From Candidatus Poribacteria bacterium (GTDB lineage: Bacteria; Poribacteria; WGA-4E; WGA-3G): a stretch of 64,000 bases of DNA. Where the stretch lies: the NCBI GenBank assembly GCA_965198235.1, contig OZ240248.1, positions 3,584,001 to 3,648,000 on the forward strand, written 5' to 3'. Below the pieces are notes generated by a model. It was not told the origin of the DNA, searched no databases, and saw only the letters and a program-made list of their open reading frames with translations. This document shows positions 50,088-60,157 of this stretch, one piece after another (within the stretch, counting starts at the first letter, position 1; each line of letters opens with the position of its first letter). The position numbers and the translations under genes were made by a program.

Positions 50088-51115
50088 CTATTTCGCCTTA
50101 ATTTCTTCCCATGCGCGGTTGTAGTGTCTCGTGAAATCCCCCTGATCTTTCAGCCACTCAAGGGATTCCAAAACCTCTGCCGGCGGATAGATGAATTTGT
50201 GGTCCCGCAGGTGTTCCGGTAAATATTCTTTCGCTGTCGGCACGCAGGTTCCGTATTTCGTGAAAGCCGTAATTTGGGCATTGACTTCGGGACGAAGCAG
50301 GTAGTTGATAAACTGCTCAGCGAGTGCCTTATGCGGTGCGGATTTCGGAATGCAGACCGCGTCGATAAACTGGCTGGATCCTTCTTTGGGGATCACGTAC
50401 CGGATCGTCGGACGGGTCTCGGTTGCTCGGAACGCATCGCCACTCCAGCAGTGTGCCATGACGACATCACCCGCGATGAGAAGTTCTTCCGCCTCGCTTT
50501 TATACTGTTTCACGAGTGGTTTCTGTGCAATGAGTTTTTCTTTCGCCGCTTTAATCTCCTGCGGATCGGTTGTGTTAAGGCTGTATCCGAGCAGTTTAAG
50601 CGCAGCACCGATCGTTTCGCGTTGGTCGTCTAACATGCTGAATTGGTTTTTGTATTGCGCGTCCCAAAGCACTGTCCAACTGTCGGGGGCTGGCGTAACG
50701 ACGGACGAGTCATAGGCGATACCTGCAGTGCCAAATGTATAGGGGATAGAGTATCGGTTTTCGGCATCGAAGTATTTGCCGAGAAACAGCGGGCTGATGT
50801 TCTGAAAGTTGCCGATATTGTCGCGATTCAATTCGGCTAACAGATTTTGTTTGATTAAGATTGATACCATGTAGTCGGACGGCATGATGATGTCGTAACC
50901 TGTCGCACCTGCTAACAACTTCGCGAGGAGATCCTCGTTGCTGGCATAGGTATCGATGAGGACATTCACCCCGTATTCCTTCTCAAATCCTTCGCGGATG
51001 TCGTCGCTGACGTAACCTGCCCAGGTAAAGACGTTGAGTTGTTTCTTCTGTCCATCGCTGTCACCGCAAAAAGCGTGAGGAGTATCAGTACTAAAAAGAT
51101 GTATCTGTTACGCAT
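50088..51115 (-). pseudogene. potD: spermidine/putrescine ABC substrate-binding lipoprotein (PotD-like), frameshifted near 51068
   Basis: LNVFTWAGYV, YDIIMPSDY, PYTFGT, PKEGS; the signal peptide from ATG 51115 (AAGGAG RBS) is out of frame with CGDSDG... Confidence 0.75.
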
Positions 51116-51156
51116 ATTTTTCTCCTTTGGTATCTGTTCAATGATTGTTGCTTACA

Positions 51157-51250
51157 CAGGACTTACGCAACATCCATTGCTGGCGAGGTTTTAAACCTCG
51201 CCAGCGGCGCGTCATACGGAGGTGCTCATAGAAAAATTGTGTAAGTCCTA
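51157..51250. mobile_element. MITE family F, 5-bp TSD TTACA
   Basis: caggacttacgca ... tgtgtaagtccta flanked by ttaca; contains REP family C. Confidence 0.82.
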
Positions 51251-51263
51251 TTACAGTTAACCC

Positions 51264-51500
51264 GTAGGTTGGGTTGAGCGGAGGATGGAAAAATCAAGTG
51301 CATTTCCCTAAGAACCTCCAGATTTTCAAAAACCCTGAACACTCCGAAATTCGAGCGAAACCCAACGCTTTATCACAAGGGCACCTATTCGCTGGGATGT
51401 TGGGTTTCACTATATCGTTCTTCTCGACACGAACCTCTATAGGCAAACACAAGCGTCTTTGGATTGGTAGGGTTTCGATTTTCCCGTTCAACCCAACCTA
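51264..51500. repeat. REPIN-like palindromic element (REP family A)
   Basis: gtaggttgggttga ... tcaacccaaccta with the same nested inner inverted repeat as 16738-16968. Confidence 0.82.
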
Positions 51501-51634
51501 AACCCTTCGCCGAACCTACATCTACAGTGTCTCGTTAGTTGTAAAATCTACTATAATCAGTCGAGCGGGTGTTTTGAAGATAATGCTTTGCCTTTCTTCA
51601 AATATGTACACACGCCCGCATCTACACACGCTTC

Positions 51635-53134
51635 CTAATCGAGGGCACTGGCAACCAAAACGAGGTCTTGAATGTTGACGATACCGTCGCCGTTGATATC
51701 CGCTGTAGAGCTGCCACGCACACTCAACTGAGAGGCAACCGACACCAAATCCAAGATGTTGACGATGCCGTCGGCGTTGACATCCGATGACTGATGCACA
51801 TGGATACCCGGATGCGCCAACAGACGCTTGACGATGGCGGCATGTCCGTGCTTTTCCGCTACCTGCAGTGCCGTCTGCCCCTTACTGTCTCTTATATTCA
51901 CGTCAATTGCTTTGTGCGTCAAAAGCAATTGCACAACCCCCAAATGTCCGTGTTCGGCGGCACGGTGCAACGGGGCGCGCTTTTCCGCATCAACAGGATT
52001 TACATCGATGCCCTCATGAGCCAGTAACTTTTCTACGCCGAATTCATAGCCTCCAGCTGCAGCCAAATGCAGTGCCGTGTGCCCATCCCTGCCCGCGGCG
52101 TTTACAATGTTTTTGTGATAATACAACAAGTTTAGAAATACTGTTTTATACTCATGGATAACGGTATAGTCGAGGGTGGTGTAGTCATGGCTATCCCGAA
52201 CATTGATGTCTAAATTAGGATCTTGCTGGAAAACTCTCATCGCAAGCCTTTTGTTTCCCTGTTTGAGTTCAAATATAAGGGGGATATCGGAACACAGCCC
52301 CTCGGGTTCTCTTGGAACGTGTAGTCGGGGAAATAACAATCCTCGAGTGGCTGGTTTTCATGGTAGTATTTGTAGAGCCAGACGATTCCGTTGGCATCAT
52401 CTTGACTGATATACTTCAGGTCGTCCCAATCATCCTTAGGGATTATTCCTAATTCAATACTTTCAACAAAAAGACTTGCCATGATGGAAGCGGGTTGAGT
52501 GCCGGCTGTTTTGTCCAAACCACCGGTGCTATCGTATATGCCTTTTTTATTTCCTCTGACATAGGTGTCCGCCAAACCGAAAGTATGTCCCATCTCGTGC
52601 ATGAGATGGTGCATAAAGTGAGGAGTTACCTCTGTATCACTTGTGCGGATAAAGAGTTCAGGAGGGTTGGTCAGTCGTGCTTGCGACGTCTCCGACACCA
52701 CAGTAATGTTTCACTCTCAGATCCGGCAATGTCGAGTCGTAGCTGACTTGGTTGAACCGAAAGTCATTGACGATCGGTTTCTCCGTCTGTAGATCCCGAA
52801 GCGGCTGGAGCCATACCCGTAAAGCTTTTGTAATCGCCTTTTCCATGTCTTCATCGGTTATCTTTTTTTCCTTTCCGATGCAGTCGTCAGCATATCTGTA
52901 GGTGATATGCCAATATTCATCGTGCACCTTTGTGATTAAAAGTTCGTATTCTCCTCCCCAAACATGATCGTAAGTGGCAAAGCCGAGCACTGGCGTGGTG
53001 GTGCTGAGTAGCACGCAGACCGTCAGCGCAAAAAAGGTGTAGGCACGCGCTGTTCTGCAGTGCGGGTTTTTTTGTCTGTGCCGACACTTGTAAGATGGAC
53101 TCGCAAGCCGAGCCGCAATGTTGGCTGTATGCAT
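51635..53134 (-). pseudogene. secreted zinc metalloprotease + ankyrin repeats + dockerin-like domain, split by two frameshifts
   Basis: Three overlapping ORFs: signal/N-terminal part (52658..53134), HEMGHTFGLADTY (52237..52701), ankyrin TALHLAA/APLHRAA plus DVNADGIVNILDLV (51635..52339). Confidence 0.75.
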
Positions 53135-53249
53135 AGCACTATATCTCCGCTAACAGGACACAGGCGATTGACACGCTCGCACGGCGCACCAACCCGGACA
53201 TGTCTACTTATTTGTAGAATTCACCATAAATAGCCCATCTGCTCAATAC

Positions 53250-53531
53250 GGGTGTGTAAAGTTTTTGTCAAAGCATTGATTTTTTTGTTTTGTTAGGCGT
53301 GTTTGCATGGCACTCCGCTGGAGTGCGGTCCCTTGAGGCATGCTTTTCTATTCTCACTGCGAAGCAATGTTGCTCCGCTGGAGCAAAGAGATTTCTTGAT
53401 CGGGAAGGGGGCTCACGCCAGAGGCGTGATATGTCTATAGAAAACGGTATATTTGATCCTCCGCACTCCAGCGGAGTGCTATGTCTGAGAGTGTCCACAT
53501 AGGGGAGAGCTGCCAAAATATTTACACACCC
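53250..53531. mobile_element. 282-bp MITE with 21-bp TIRs and 9-bp TSD GCTCAATAC
   Basis: gggtgtgtaaagtttttgtca / tgccaaaatatttacacaccc (18/21); gctcaatac at 53241-53249 and 53532-53540; REP family B cargo. Confidence 0.88.
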
Positions 53532-53592
53532 GCTCAATACCAAGATGTTGACAATGTCTGTTATCTATGCTAATCTATGTGCATAGGAGTAC

Positions 53593-53958
53593 TTATTCAT
53601 TGGATTCTTCAGTTGGGAGTCCTTCGGTTTTCCAACCGCGGAAGCCACCCGTCAGTACTGAGACGTTTTCGTAGCCCATGTTTTTTAAGGTCTGTGCGGA
53701 GAGTGTCGCACGGGTACCACCGCCGCAGTATGTAACGATATGTGTATCTGCGTCAGGGGCGATCTCATCAATATCGAGTTCAAGGTAGCCGCGTGGTAGA
53801 GAAACTGCCTCCGGTAAATGTTCTTTATCATAGTCGGGTTCGTCTCGGACATCTAAGAGGATGATCGGCTCGGTAGCCTCGGTGAGTTCGGCGGGTGAGA
53901 TGTGTCCGACATTCGCTTTTGCTTCTGCAACGAGTTGTTCAAGGGTTTTTAGTGGCAT
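53593..53958 (-). CDS. rhodanese-like sulfurtransferase
   Basis: LLDVRD, HLPEA, YCGGGTRA active-site Cys, GGFRGW. Confidence 0.92.
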   Translation of the reverse strand: MPLKTLEQLVAEAKANVGHISPAELTEATEPIILLDVRDEPDYDKEHLPEAVSLPRGYLELDIDEIAPDADTHIVTYCGGGTRATLSAQTLKNMGYENVSVLTGGFRGWKTEGLPTEESNE

Positions 53959-54271
53959 CGTTTTCCTCCATAAGGGTTGAAGACTGCTGATTGAATTTGT
54001 TTTTTAACTATTGGCTGTCTGGGCGAATTTTGAACGATGTTCAAAATTCGGTTTCTGTCACACCTGTACCTGTGGTGTACATAGGGTTTTTGAAATATAG
54101 CATAAGGTAAGTCGATCTGTCAACTCTTTTTTGGTTTTTTAAACTTACCTTGCGGAGTAATAAGCGTGGTTTTGTGAGTGAAGTGCCTTCCTCTGGAGTC
54201 GCCTGCGCCGTTGTTGCAGGCTTGCGGTTTTGCTTTATGGTAAAACCTACAAAGTTTAGAAAGGAGAAGAT

Positions 54272-54715
54272 ATGGAATTGCTTAAAAAGTCTGTTCAGTC
54301 TGTGCTTGAAAAGGAACGGATTGGGAGTCCAGTGTTCCTGCGGTGTGTCCTCCACGTGGCGGGTGATGCAGCGAATCTGCTATCACCGGTGGCAGAGATA
54401 GCGGCACTCGCGAATGGATGGATGTCCTCACCGCCTGAGCGGGTCTATGCCCAAGGAGAGGCAGATGGAACACAGGTTACGGTAATGGTCCACTACGTCG
54501 GGGGACAGATGGCACTCTTGAGTGTCAATCGGGTCGATGTAGAGACAGCGATTGACATCATGTTGGTCGGCAATCAAGGCGTTATCTATCATGAAACACC
54601 CGTGGGTAGGCACTACCTGAACGCGACATCGCCGGAATTGGGTGACAGGGGTGAATTGACAGAGGCTATCGCGCAATCGCTTAGGAGCGGTCAACCTATT
54701 ATGTTGGAGGATTAA
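54272..54715 (+). CDS. hypothetical protein resembling a Gfo/Idh/MocA C-terminal domain
   Basis: AAGGAG RBS; RIGSPVFLRC, VGNQGVI and SLRSGQPI resemble oxidoreductase C-domain motifs; 2 nt from the next gene. Confidence 0.6.
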   Translation: MELLKKSVQSVLEKERIGSPVFLRCVLHVAGDAANLLSPVAEIAALANGWMSSPPERVYAQGEADGTQVTVMVHYVGGQMALLSVNRVDVETAIDIMLVGNQGVIYHETPVGRHYLNATSPELGDRGELTEAIAQSLRSGQPIMLED

Positions 54716-54717
54716 AC

Positions 54718-55866
54718 ATGCAACAGGATGGAAAATATGGGGTTCTCCTACTCGGTGGGAATCGCACGCATCAAGAGAATTACGCATTGAGTTTTGCTCA
54801 GGATGCACGCTGTCGGTTGGTCGCGTTCGCTGATGAACCCGATGCACCACCAGAGCGGATTACGTTGGCGCGTTCGCTTGCTGAATCTTTGGATTTGCCG
54901 TTCATTCCTGACCTCGACGCGGCGTTGGCACGCGAGGATGTGCATATTGTGAGTCTCTGTACAGACGTAGAACGGCGCGGGCGTATAGGCGCGAAATGTG
55001 CTGAGGCGGGAAAGCATGTCTATCTTGATAAGCCGATGGCATTCACCCCGGAGGGTGCCGAAAAGATCGTTGCGGCGGTTGCGAAGAGTGGCGTACGGAG
55101 CCAGATGTTCAGCAACATTCACAGTGCGTGGGCACGCACTGTACAGCAGGCGTTGACAAGTGGAAGCATCGGCGAACTTCGGGCAGTTCATTGTGATGTC
55201 CTGTTCTCCAAAGGACATCCCGGTAGCGCGCCTGTCGGAGAAAAAAGAATAGAAAAATCCGCACGCGAACGCTACAGTTTCGTCGAAGCGAAACCTGAAA
55301 TGTTCGATGTCGGTGTCTATGCGGTGTCTATGGTGAATTGGTTGACGCAGAAACGGGTACAGCGTGTGTTCGGTGGAACGGCGAACTATTTCTTTAAGGA
55401 ACACCTCGGCTGTGATGTTGAAGACTTCGGTGCTTTAGTCCTGACGTTGGAGGATGGAATTACGGCAACGATTGTTGGTGGACGTTACGGTTGGCAGAGT
55501 CACGCGCAAGGTGGTGTGCGGAAGGTGCATCTCATCGGCACAGAGGCATCTTTGACCTTTGATGCGTCGGCGAACCGCTTGGAAGTTTTTGCGGCTGAAC
55601 CGGCGTTTGAACCGCCTTCACCTCATCCGCTTGATCCGATGGGGATGTGGAGTAGCACGCAAGCGGGGATTGGGATGCCACCCAAGCAGCAATGGATAGA
55701 CGTTGGTAGCGATGACGATGGACCGCGTGAATTCGGTGCGTTTGTGGATTGTATTGAAAACGGTGTAGAGAGTGAAATGAACGCCGAATTTGCGGCGCAT
55801 TCCGTGGAAATTATCTGTGCCGGGTATCGTTCTGCGGCGACTGGAGAGGTTATTGATCTCAACTGA
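54718..55866 (+). CDS. Gfo/Idh/MocA family oxidoreductase
   Basis: AGKHVYLDKPMA, GSIGELR, DVGVY, YRSAATGEVI. Confidence 0.88.
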   Translation: MQQDGKYGVLLLGGNRTHQENYALSFAQDARCRLVAFADEPDAPPERITLARSLAESLDLPFIPDLDAALAREDVHIVSLCTDVERRGRIGAKCAEAGKHVYLDKPMAFTPEGAEKIVAAVAKSGVRSQMFSNIHSAWARTVQQALTSGSIGELRAVHCDVLFSKGHPGSAPVGEKRIEKSARERYSFVEAKPEMFDVGVYAVSMVNWLTQKRVQRVFGGTANYFFKEHLGCDVEDFGALVLTLEDGITATIVGGRYGWQSHAQGGVRKVHLIGTEASLTFDASANRLEVFAAEPAFEPPSPHPLDPMGMWSSTQAGIGMPPKQQWIDVGSDDDGPREFGAFVDCIENGVESEMNAEFAAHSVEIICAGYRSAATGEVIDLN

Positions 55867-56000
55867 CAGGAAAACCAGCGGGTTACGCGCTTGACTGAAT
55901 GTCCATTACCTATAAGCGCGGTTAGAAAGTTCGTAGTAGGGCGATTCATCGTCCATTGCGAAGCACAAACGCGCGATGGGTGTGCTACTACGAACCTCGA

Positions 56001-56621
56001 TTAACTTAATTTCGTCTTGGATGCCGCGCTGGCAGCTTTGAATACAGCGTCAACCGCCCCAAACAGATCCGGCACATCATCTACGCTAAAACTCCTCTTG
56101 TTGTGGACGAATGCATCACCAACAAGGTACCCAAATTCCCACCATTTTCCATCGCTTACAATGCCGTACACAGCGATCTCTGCGGTATCGTTGATTTTTT
56201 GGGCCGCCACCAACTCCGCCAAGCATTGTCCCCATCCTTGATCAAAATCGTTCTTTTTCGCCTCAACCAGTATTATTAACGGTTTTCCGACGGTGCGCAG
56301 GCCAAATTCGGATCTTGTTGCGACAAAGTAATCAGGTGTTCCATTCAGAGTTTCATCATAGACGATAGATTTCTTTACCCAAAGCGCGTAGTTATCGGCG
56401 TACTCTTTGTAGACTTCCCTTAAAATCGGATAAATCACAGTTTCGCACCGTGAGCCTTCAGAAGCATAAACATCAATATGTTGCATGCTGAACTCAAGTT
56501 CTTGCAGAAATTGTTCTGAAGGTCTTAAAGTTTCTTCGTTTCCAAGAAAGTTATCTACCGCGTAGGTAATCTTGAATTTTTCCTGTACCTCAGGTACTGT
56601 TTTGAAATCACTAAATGCCAT
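56001..56621 (-). CDS. PD-(D/E)xK nuclease-like protein (HsdR N-terminal-like family)
   Basis: GTPDYFV...VEAKK...QGWGQCLAELVAAQ...YGIVSDGKWWEF. Confidence 0.7.
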   Translation of the reverse strand: MAFSDFKTVPEVQEKFKITYAVDNFLGNEETLRPSEQFLQELEFSMQHIDVYASEGSRCETVIYPILREVYKEYADNYALWVKKSIVYDETLNGTPDYFVATRSEFGLRTVGKPLIILVEAKKNDFDQGWGQCLAELVAAQKINDTAEIAVYGIVSDGKWWEFGYLVGDAFVHNKRSFSVDDVPDLFGAVDAVFKAASAASKTKLS

Positions 56622-56651
56622 CTTGTCACCTCATACTTAAATGTAAAACTT

Positions 56652-56752
56652 CAGGACTTACGCAAATTGAGTAGAGAAAGGATATGTTTTACTGAACGAC
56701 ATCTGCTTGTTATACGTCTTCTTATAGACAAAATGGGTAGCAACGCGTAATT
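56652..56752. mobile_element. degenerate MITE family F
   Basis: Left end caggacttacgcaaattga matches the 62447 copy; right end decayed. Confidence 0.55.
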
Positions 56753-56759
56753 GTTCTTC

Positions 56760-58619
56760 CTATCTCGTAACGCCCATGGCTTCAAGCTGTGCAATCTGTT
56801 TCATCCACGATTCTCGAATTTCAGGGGAGTAGTCACCGGGAAGTAGGGATTTACGGGTGCAGTTGACGAGGGCTTGCAAGGTTTGATAGTGTCGAATCGG
56901 ACCGATGTTGGGTAGGATTCGGTCTTCTGTGACTGCGATGATTTCATCGAGTGTCAATTTACCTTTCTTGATGAGACTGGCGGCTTCCAAGTCGGAACGT
57001 AGCGATGCGAAACTCGCCGCGGAATAGTCTTCTGTCAGTTTCACAAGTCGTTTGATTGAATCTTCAGGGAGGGGACCGGGAAAGGCTTTGGCAAGAGTCC
57101 AGCGGAGGAACGCCTCGCGATCCTGTCCCTTCGGGTCAAGCACTGGGATCACCATATCCCCGACTCTGCCTTCTCGCCGCAGGTCGGGTGAGAGGTGATA
57201 GATACGGGCAGTCATTAGGAGCCAGGTGATGTTGCCACGGAGTTGCGGGTCCGACATCATCGCCTGTATCTTTCCCGTCAAACGCCGTTCTGTGCTGTGT
57301 GCGTCTGTCCCGACATTGCCGAATTGGGTATCCGCTTCATCAACGAAGATGAGCACCTTCACAAGAGCCATCAGCAACCGTCGGAGTCGTTCAAAGATGA
57401 CATCTGTCTGTCCGAACCACATGCTCCGAATGTTCTTGAGGACGAGCACAGGGATGTCGAGTTCACCGGCGAGTCCCTCGAAAATGAAGGTTTTTCCGCT
57501 ACCAATGGGACCGCAGACGCTCATGCCGGATATCGCATCGGGACCGGTTGAGGTGATACGCGGAATCAATTGAGTCTTCAGAAAATCCACTAATTTCTGG
57601 TTGCCAACGATGTCCTTCAGGTTGTGCTCAGGCTTTTTAAACTCTACGACATCATCGCCTAACTGCCCTTGGATGAATTCGGACACTTTATTGATGACAT
57701 CCTCGGGTTGCAATTTCTCACCAGAGTAACGCGCAGAAAGAAGCATCTGTCGTAGTGCTTGGATGGATAAGCCGGCTGTGAGGATCGCGAGTTGGGCTTG
57801 TGTGCCCCAAAGGTTTAGTGGTTTTTCCACCAGTTTCGGTGTGTTGTTAAACCATGAGATGAAATGCTGGCGTTCTTCCATCCCCGGCGCAGGTATTTCG
57901 ACACCGATTACCTGGGGCAGTCTTGTAATCCGAGAGTTGACGAGGCTCGCTGATTCTGCGATAAAGATGACGGTATCGTTCCCGTCCATGAAGCTGGAAT
58001 CCGAGATCCAATCTTGAACGATGCTGACCCGGTGCCTGTCGGGTAGCGACAAACTCCGAATTTCGCCTTCCGGTAGCAACATGTCCGTTGCTTCAATCAG
58101 GATTATCAATTTTTCCGATAGTAGTTTTTCACCCTGCGTGTTCGTGCTTCGGGAGAGTAGGCAGAACTGCCGTAGGAGTTCAAGTGCCAACGTCGGACTA
58201 CCGATTGCATCGTTCATGTACTGCGTAAAAGAGGCATCTGCAGGTTCATCGGCTTCGGTAGGTGTAGTGCGTTCAACGGCTGCCTGTATTGGACGGGGGA
58301 CACCGACGCTGGCATTTATGTCGAGGTTTGCCTCAGTTGAGCCGCGCCATAGATTGAACGCACGCTTAACTTTTTCGCGTTCAGCCTCTTTTGCAAATCG
58401 GATGGGTCCATTGAGTTCATAAACTATTAAGATGAACCCTGGAATGTCCCAATTGCGAGTCAAGAAGGGGACGAGTGGAATATAATCCGTGTCATCTCCG
58501 TCGCGGACGAAGAAGAGATCGTGGATATTTCCAGATAGGACGAGGCTACGAGACGTTCCCGAATTGATGAGCATTCCGGCTTCTTTCGGGAATGTATAGG
58601 TTGGACTTTTAACAGCTAT
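56760..58619 (-). CDS. SpoVK/Ycf46/Vps4-like AAA+ ATPase
   Basis: Walker A GPIGSGKT, Walker B IFVDEAD, pore loop SMWFGQT, LRREGR arginine finger; first ATG at 58574, in-frame ATA at 58619 follows an AGGGGG RBS. Confidence 0.88.
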   Translation of the reverse strand: MAVKSPTYTFPKEAGMLINSGTSRSLVLSGNIHDLFFVRDGDDTDYIPLVPFLTRNWDIPGFILIVYELNGPIRFAKEAEREKVKRAFNLWRGSTEANLDINASVGVPRPIQAAVERTTPTEADEPADASFTQYMNDAIGSPTLALELLRQFCLLSRSTNTQGEKLLSEKLIILIEATDMLLPEGEIRSLSLPDRHRVSIVQDWISDSSFMDGNDTVIFIAESASLVNSRITRLPQVIGVEIPAPGMEERQHFISWFNNTPKLVEKPLNLWGTQAQLAILTAGLSIQALRQMLLSARYSGEKLQPEDVINKVSEFIQGQLGDDVVEFKKPEHNLKDIVGNQKLVDFLKTQLIPRITSTGPDAISGMSVCGPIGSGKTFIFEGLAGELDIPVLVLKNIRSMWFGQTDVIFERLRRLLMALVKVLIFVDEADTQFGNVGTDAHSTERRLTGKIQAMMSDPQLRGNITWLLMTARIYHLSPDLRREGRVGDMVIPVLDPKGQDREAFLRWTLAKAFPGPLPEDSIKRLVKLTEDYSAASFASLRSDLEAASLIKKGKLTLDEIIAVTEDRILPNIGPIRHYQTLQALVNCTRKSLLPGDYSPEIRESWMKQIAQLEAMGVTR

Positions 58620-58685
58620 GGCTCGTCGCCCCCTTCTGTTTGAGATGACACATCTGCGAGTGAGATGCTGCGTTTTTGTCGCGCG

Positions 58686-59522
58686 TTATACCGGCAATTC
58701 GGAGTCGGAATCTGTGGACTGCTTGGTAGTTTCCGTTTCTGTCTTTGCGTCAGTTTCCTGTGCCCCGAAAATTAAGGAATCAAATTCGTCATTGGTAGTA
58801 GAGGAACGCGCTGCAGTGAGGAATTCTTCTTCTTCGCTTTTTGAATCCGTGCCAGCCAATTCCTGTGCGACTTTTGAACGCCCTTTCGCTTTCTCACGTA
58901 TTTCGCGCATCCGACTCAATTCGGCAGAGGTGCCATCCATGCTGATACCGGAGAGCATATCAGCGATATCCTCTTGTTCTCGTGCAGTAATCAGATCCGC
59001 AACTGCCTCGGATTGTTCGGACTTAATCTTATCTAAGTCTCGATGTAGACTGGTAATCTGAAGTTTGTGGGACTCAATATCCGCTTGCGCCCCTTCAATC
59101 TCGTTTTCGAGTTCCGTAATGCGACCGGTTTTCTCCTGCAAGTTGGAATTGAAGTCTTGATAGGCAGTGACGCATCGCGTATATTCGGCATGCTGCTTGA
59201 TTTCTTCCGGTGCCATCCCCTCGCCTTGTAACCCGGCAGCGGTCTGTTGTGCCTTAGCAATCGCCCCTGCTTTTAGCTCTTCCAACCGCTCTACTTCGTC
59301 AGTAAGGCTTTTGACCCCAGACTTTTTCTGTTCAACGAGTGCGATAAGTTGCCCGATCGCTTGCTTATAGCGTTGAATATTCCCCTTTTTGTCGTGGATG
59401 ATGTCTTCGTAAGCCCCTCTGACGGCTTCGGGGTTTTCCATCATTCTATCCGCGGATTCGTGTGCCTTTCCTGTCAGTGTATACCAGATAGCCTTGAAAA
59501 ATCGTGTGAATCCATTTGCCAT
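58686..59522 (-). CDS. PspA/IM30 (ESCRT-III-like) family protein
   Basis: Amphipathic N-helix FTRFFKAIW, ENPE turn, long coiled coils, acidic C-terminal extension; AGGAG RBS. Confidence 0.78.
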   Translation of the reverse strand: MANGFTRFFKAIWYTLTGKAHESADRMMENPEAVRGAYEDIIHDKKGNIQRYKQAIGQLIALVEQKKSGVKSLTDEVERLEELKAGAIAKAQQTAAGLQGEGMAPEEIKQHAEYTRCVTAYQDFNSNLQEKTGRITELENEIEGAQADIESHKLQITSLHRDLDKIKSEQSEAVADLITAREQEDIADMLSGISMDGTSAELSRMREIREKAKGRSKVAQELAGTDSKSEEEEFLTAARSSTTNDEFDSLIFGAQETDAKTETETTKQSTDSDSELPV

Positions 59523-59638
59523 TGTTGTTTCTCCTGTTGAGCGTGCGCATTAAAAGCGCAGTCTTCCTGTATTGATTTGCGAGTTATGTCTGTGCCTTCT
59601 GACGACTTTACACCGCGTCCAGACACCCATATTACGAT

Positions 59639-59667
59639 ATTTTAACATATTTTCTCTAAAACCGCAA
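59639..59667 (-). promoter_or_regulatory. sigma70-like promoter for the pspA-like/AAA operon
   Basis: TTGCGG-17 nt-TAAAAT with an extended TG on the minus strand. Confidence 0.5.
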
Positions 59668-60157
59668 GAAAATTTTATAGGTCAAAGGATCGTTTATGGT
59701 GGATTTTAGAATGAATAGGACGCTACAGGTGAATAGTCACGTCCTTAATCCTACTTATCAGGCGGAATTTGCTGTTTTGCTAATGGTACATATATTGACA
59801 CAAACGACGGCAGGTCCTGAACTGGAGTTTGATATTTTCCTCTGCCTGAATGGGCGCGAGGTTCGTTTTGTGATAGAGTCGGTGTGAGGTGACCTGCTCG
59901 CTTTTATTTGAGATTTCACCTGTTTTTGTGTTACACTTTTAATAGTTTGGCGGATAGGTATATTACCTCGGCGTACACCAGCGTCGAGTCCTATCCAATG
60001 TGAATCTTGATAAGATTCCAATTGAGAATATTGAAAAACTTTTTCGCTATGGACTGTAAGGGGGGAAGAATAGGTATCGAACCTTCTCGACTATAAATGG
60101 AACAGATACTGAACAGTTTTCCTTGGTATTGAATGCTGAAGGAGGGGACAAACTCTA

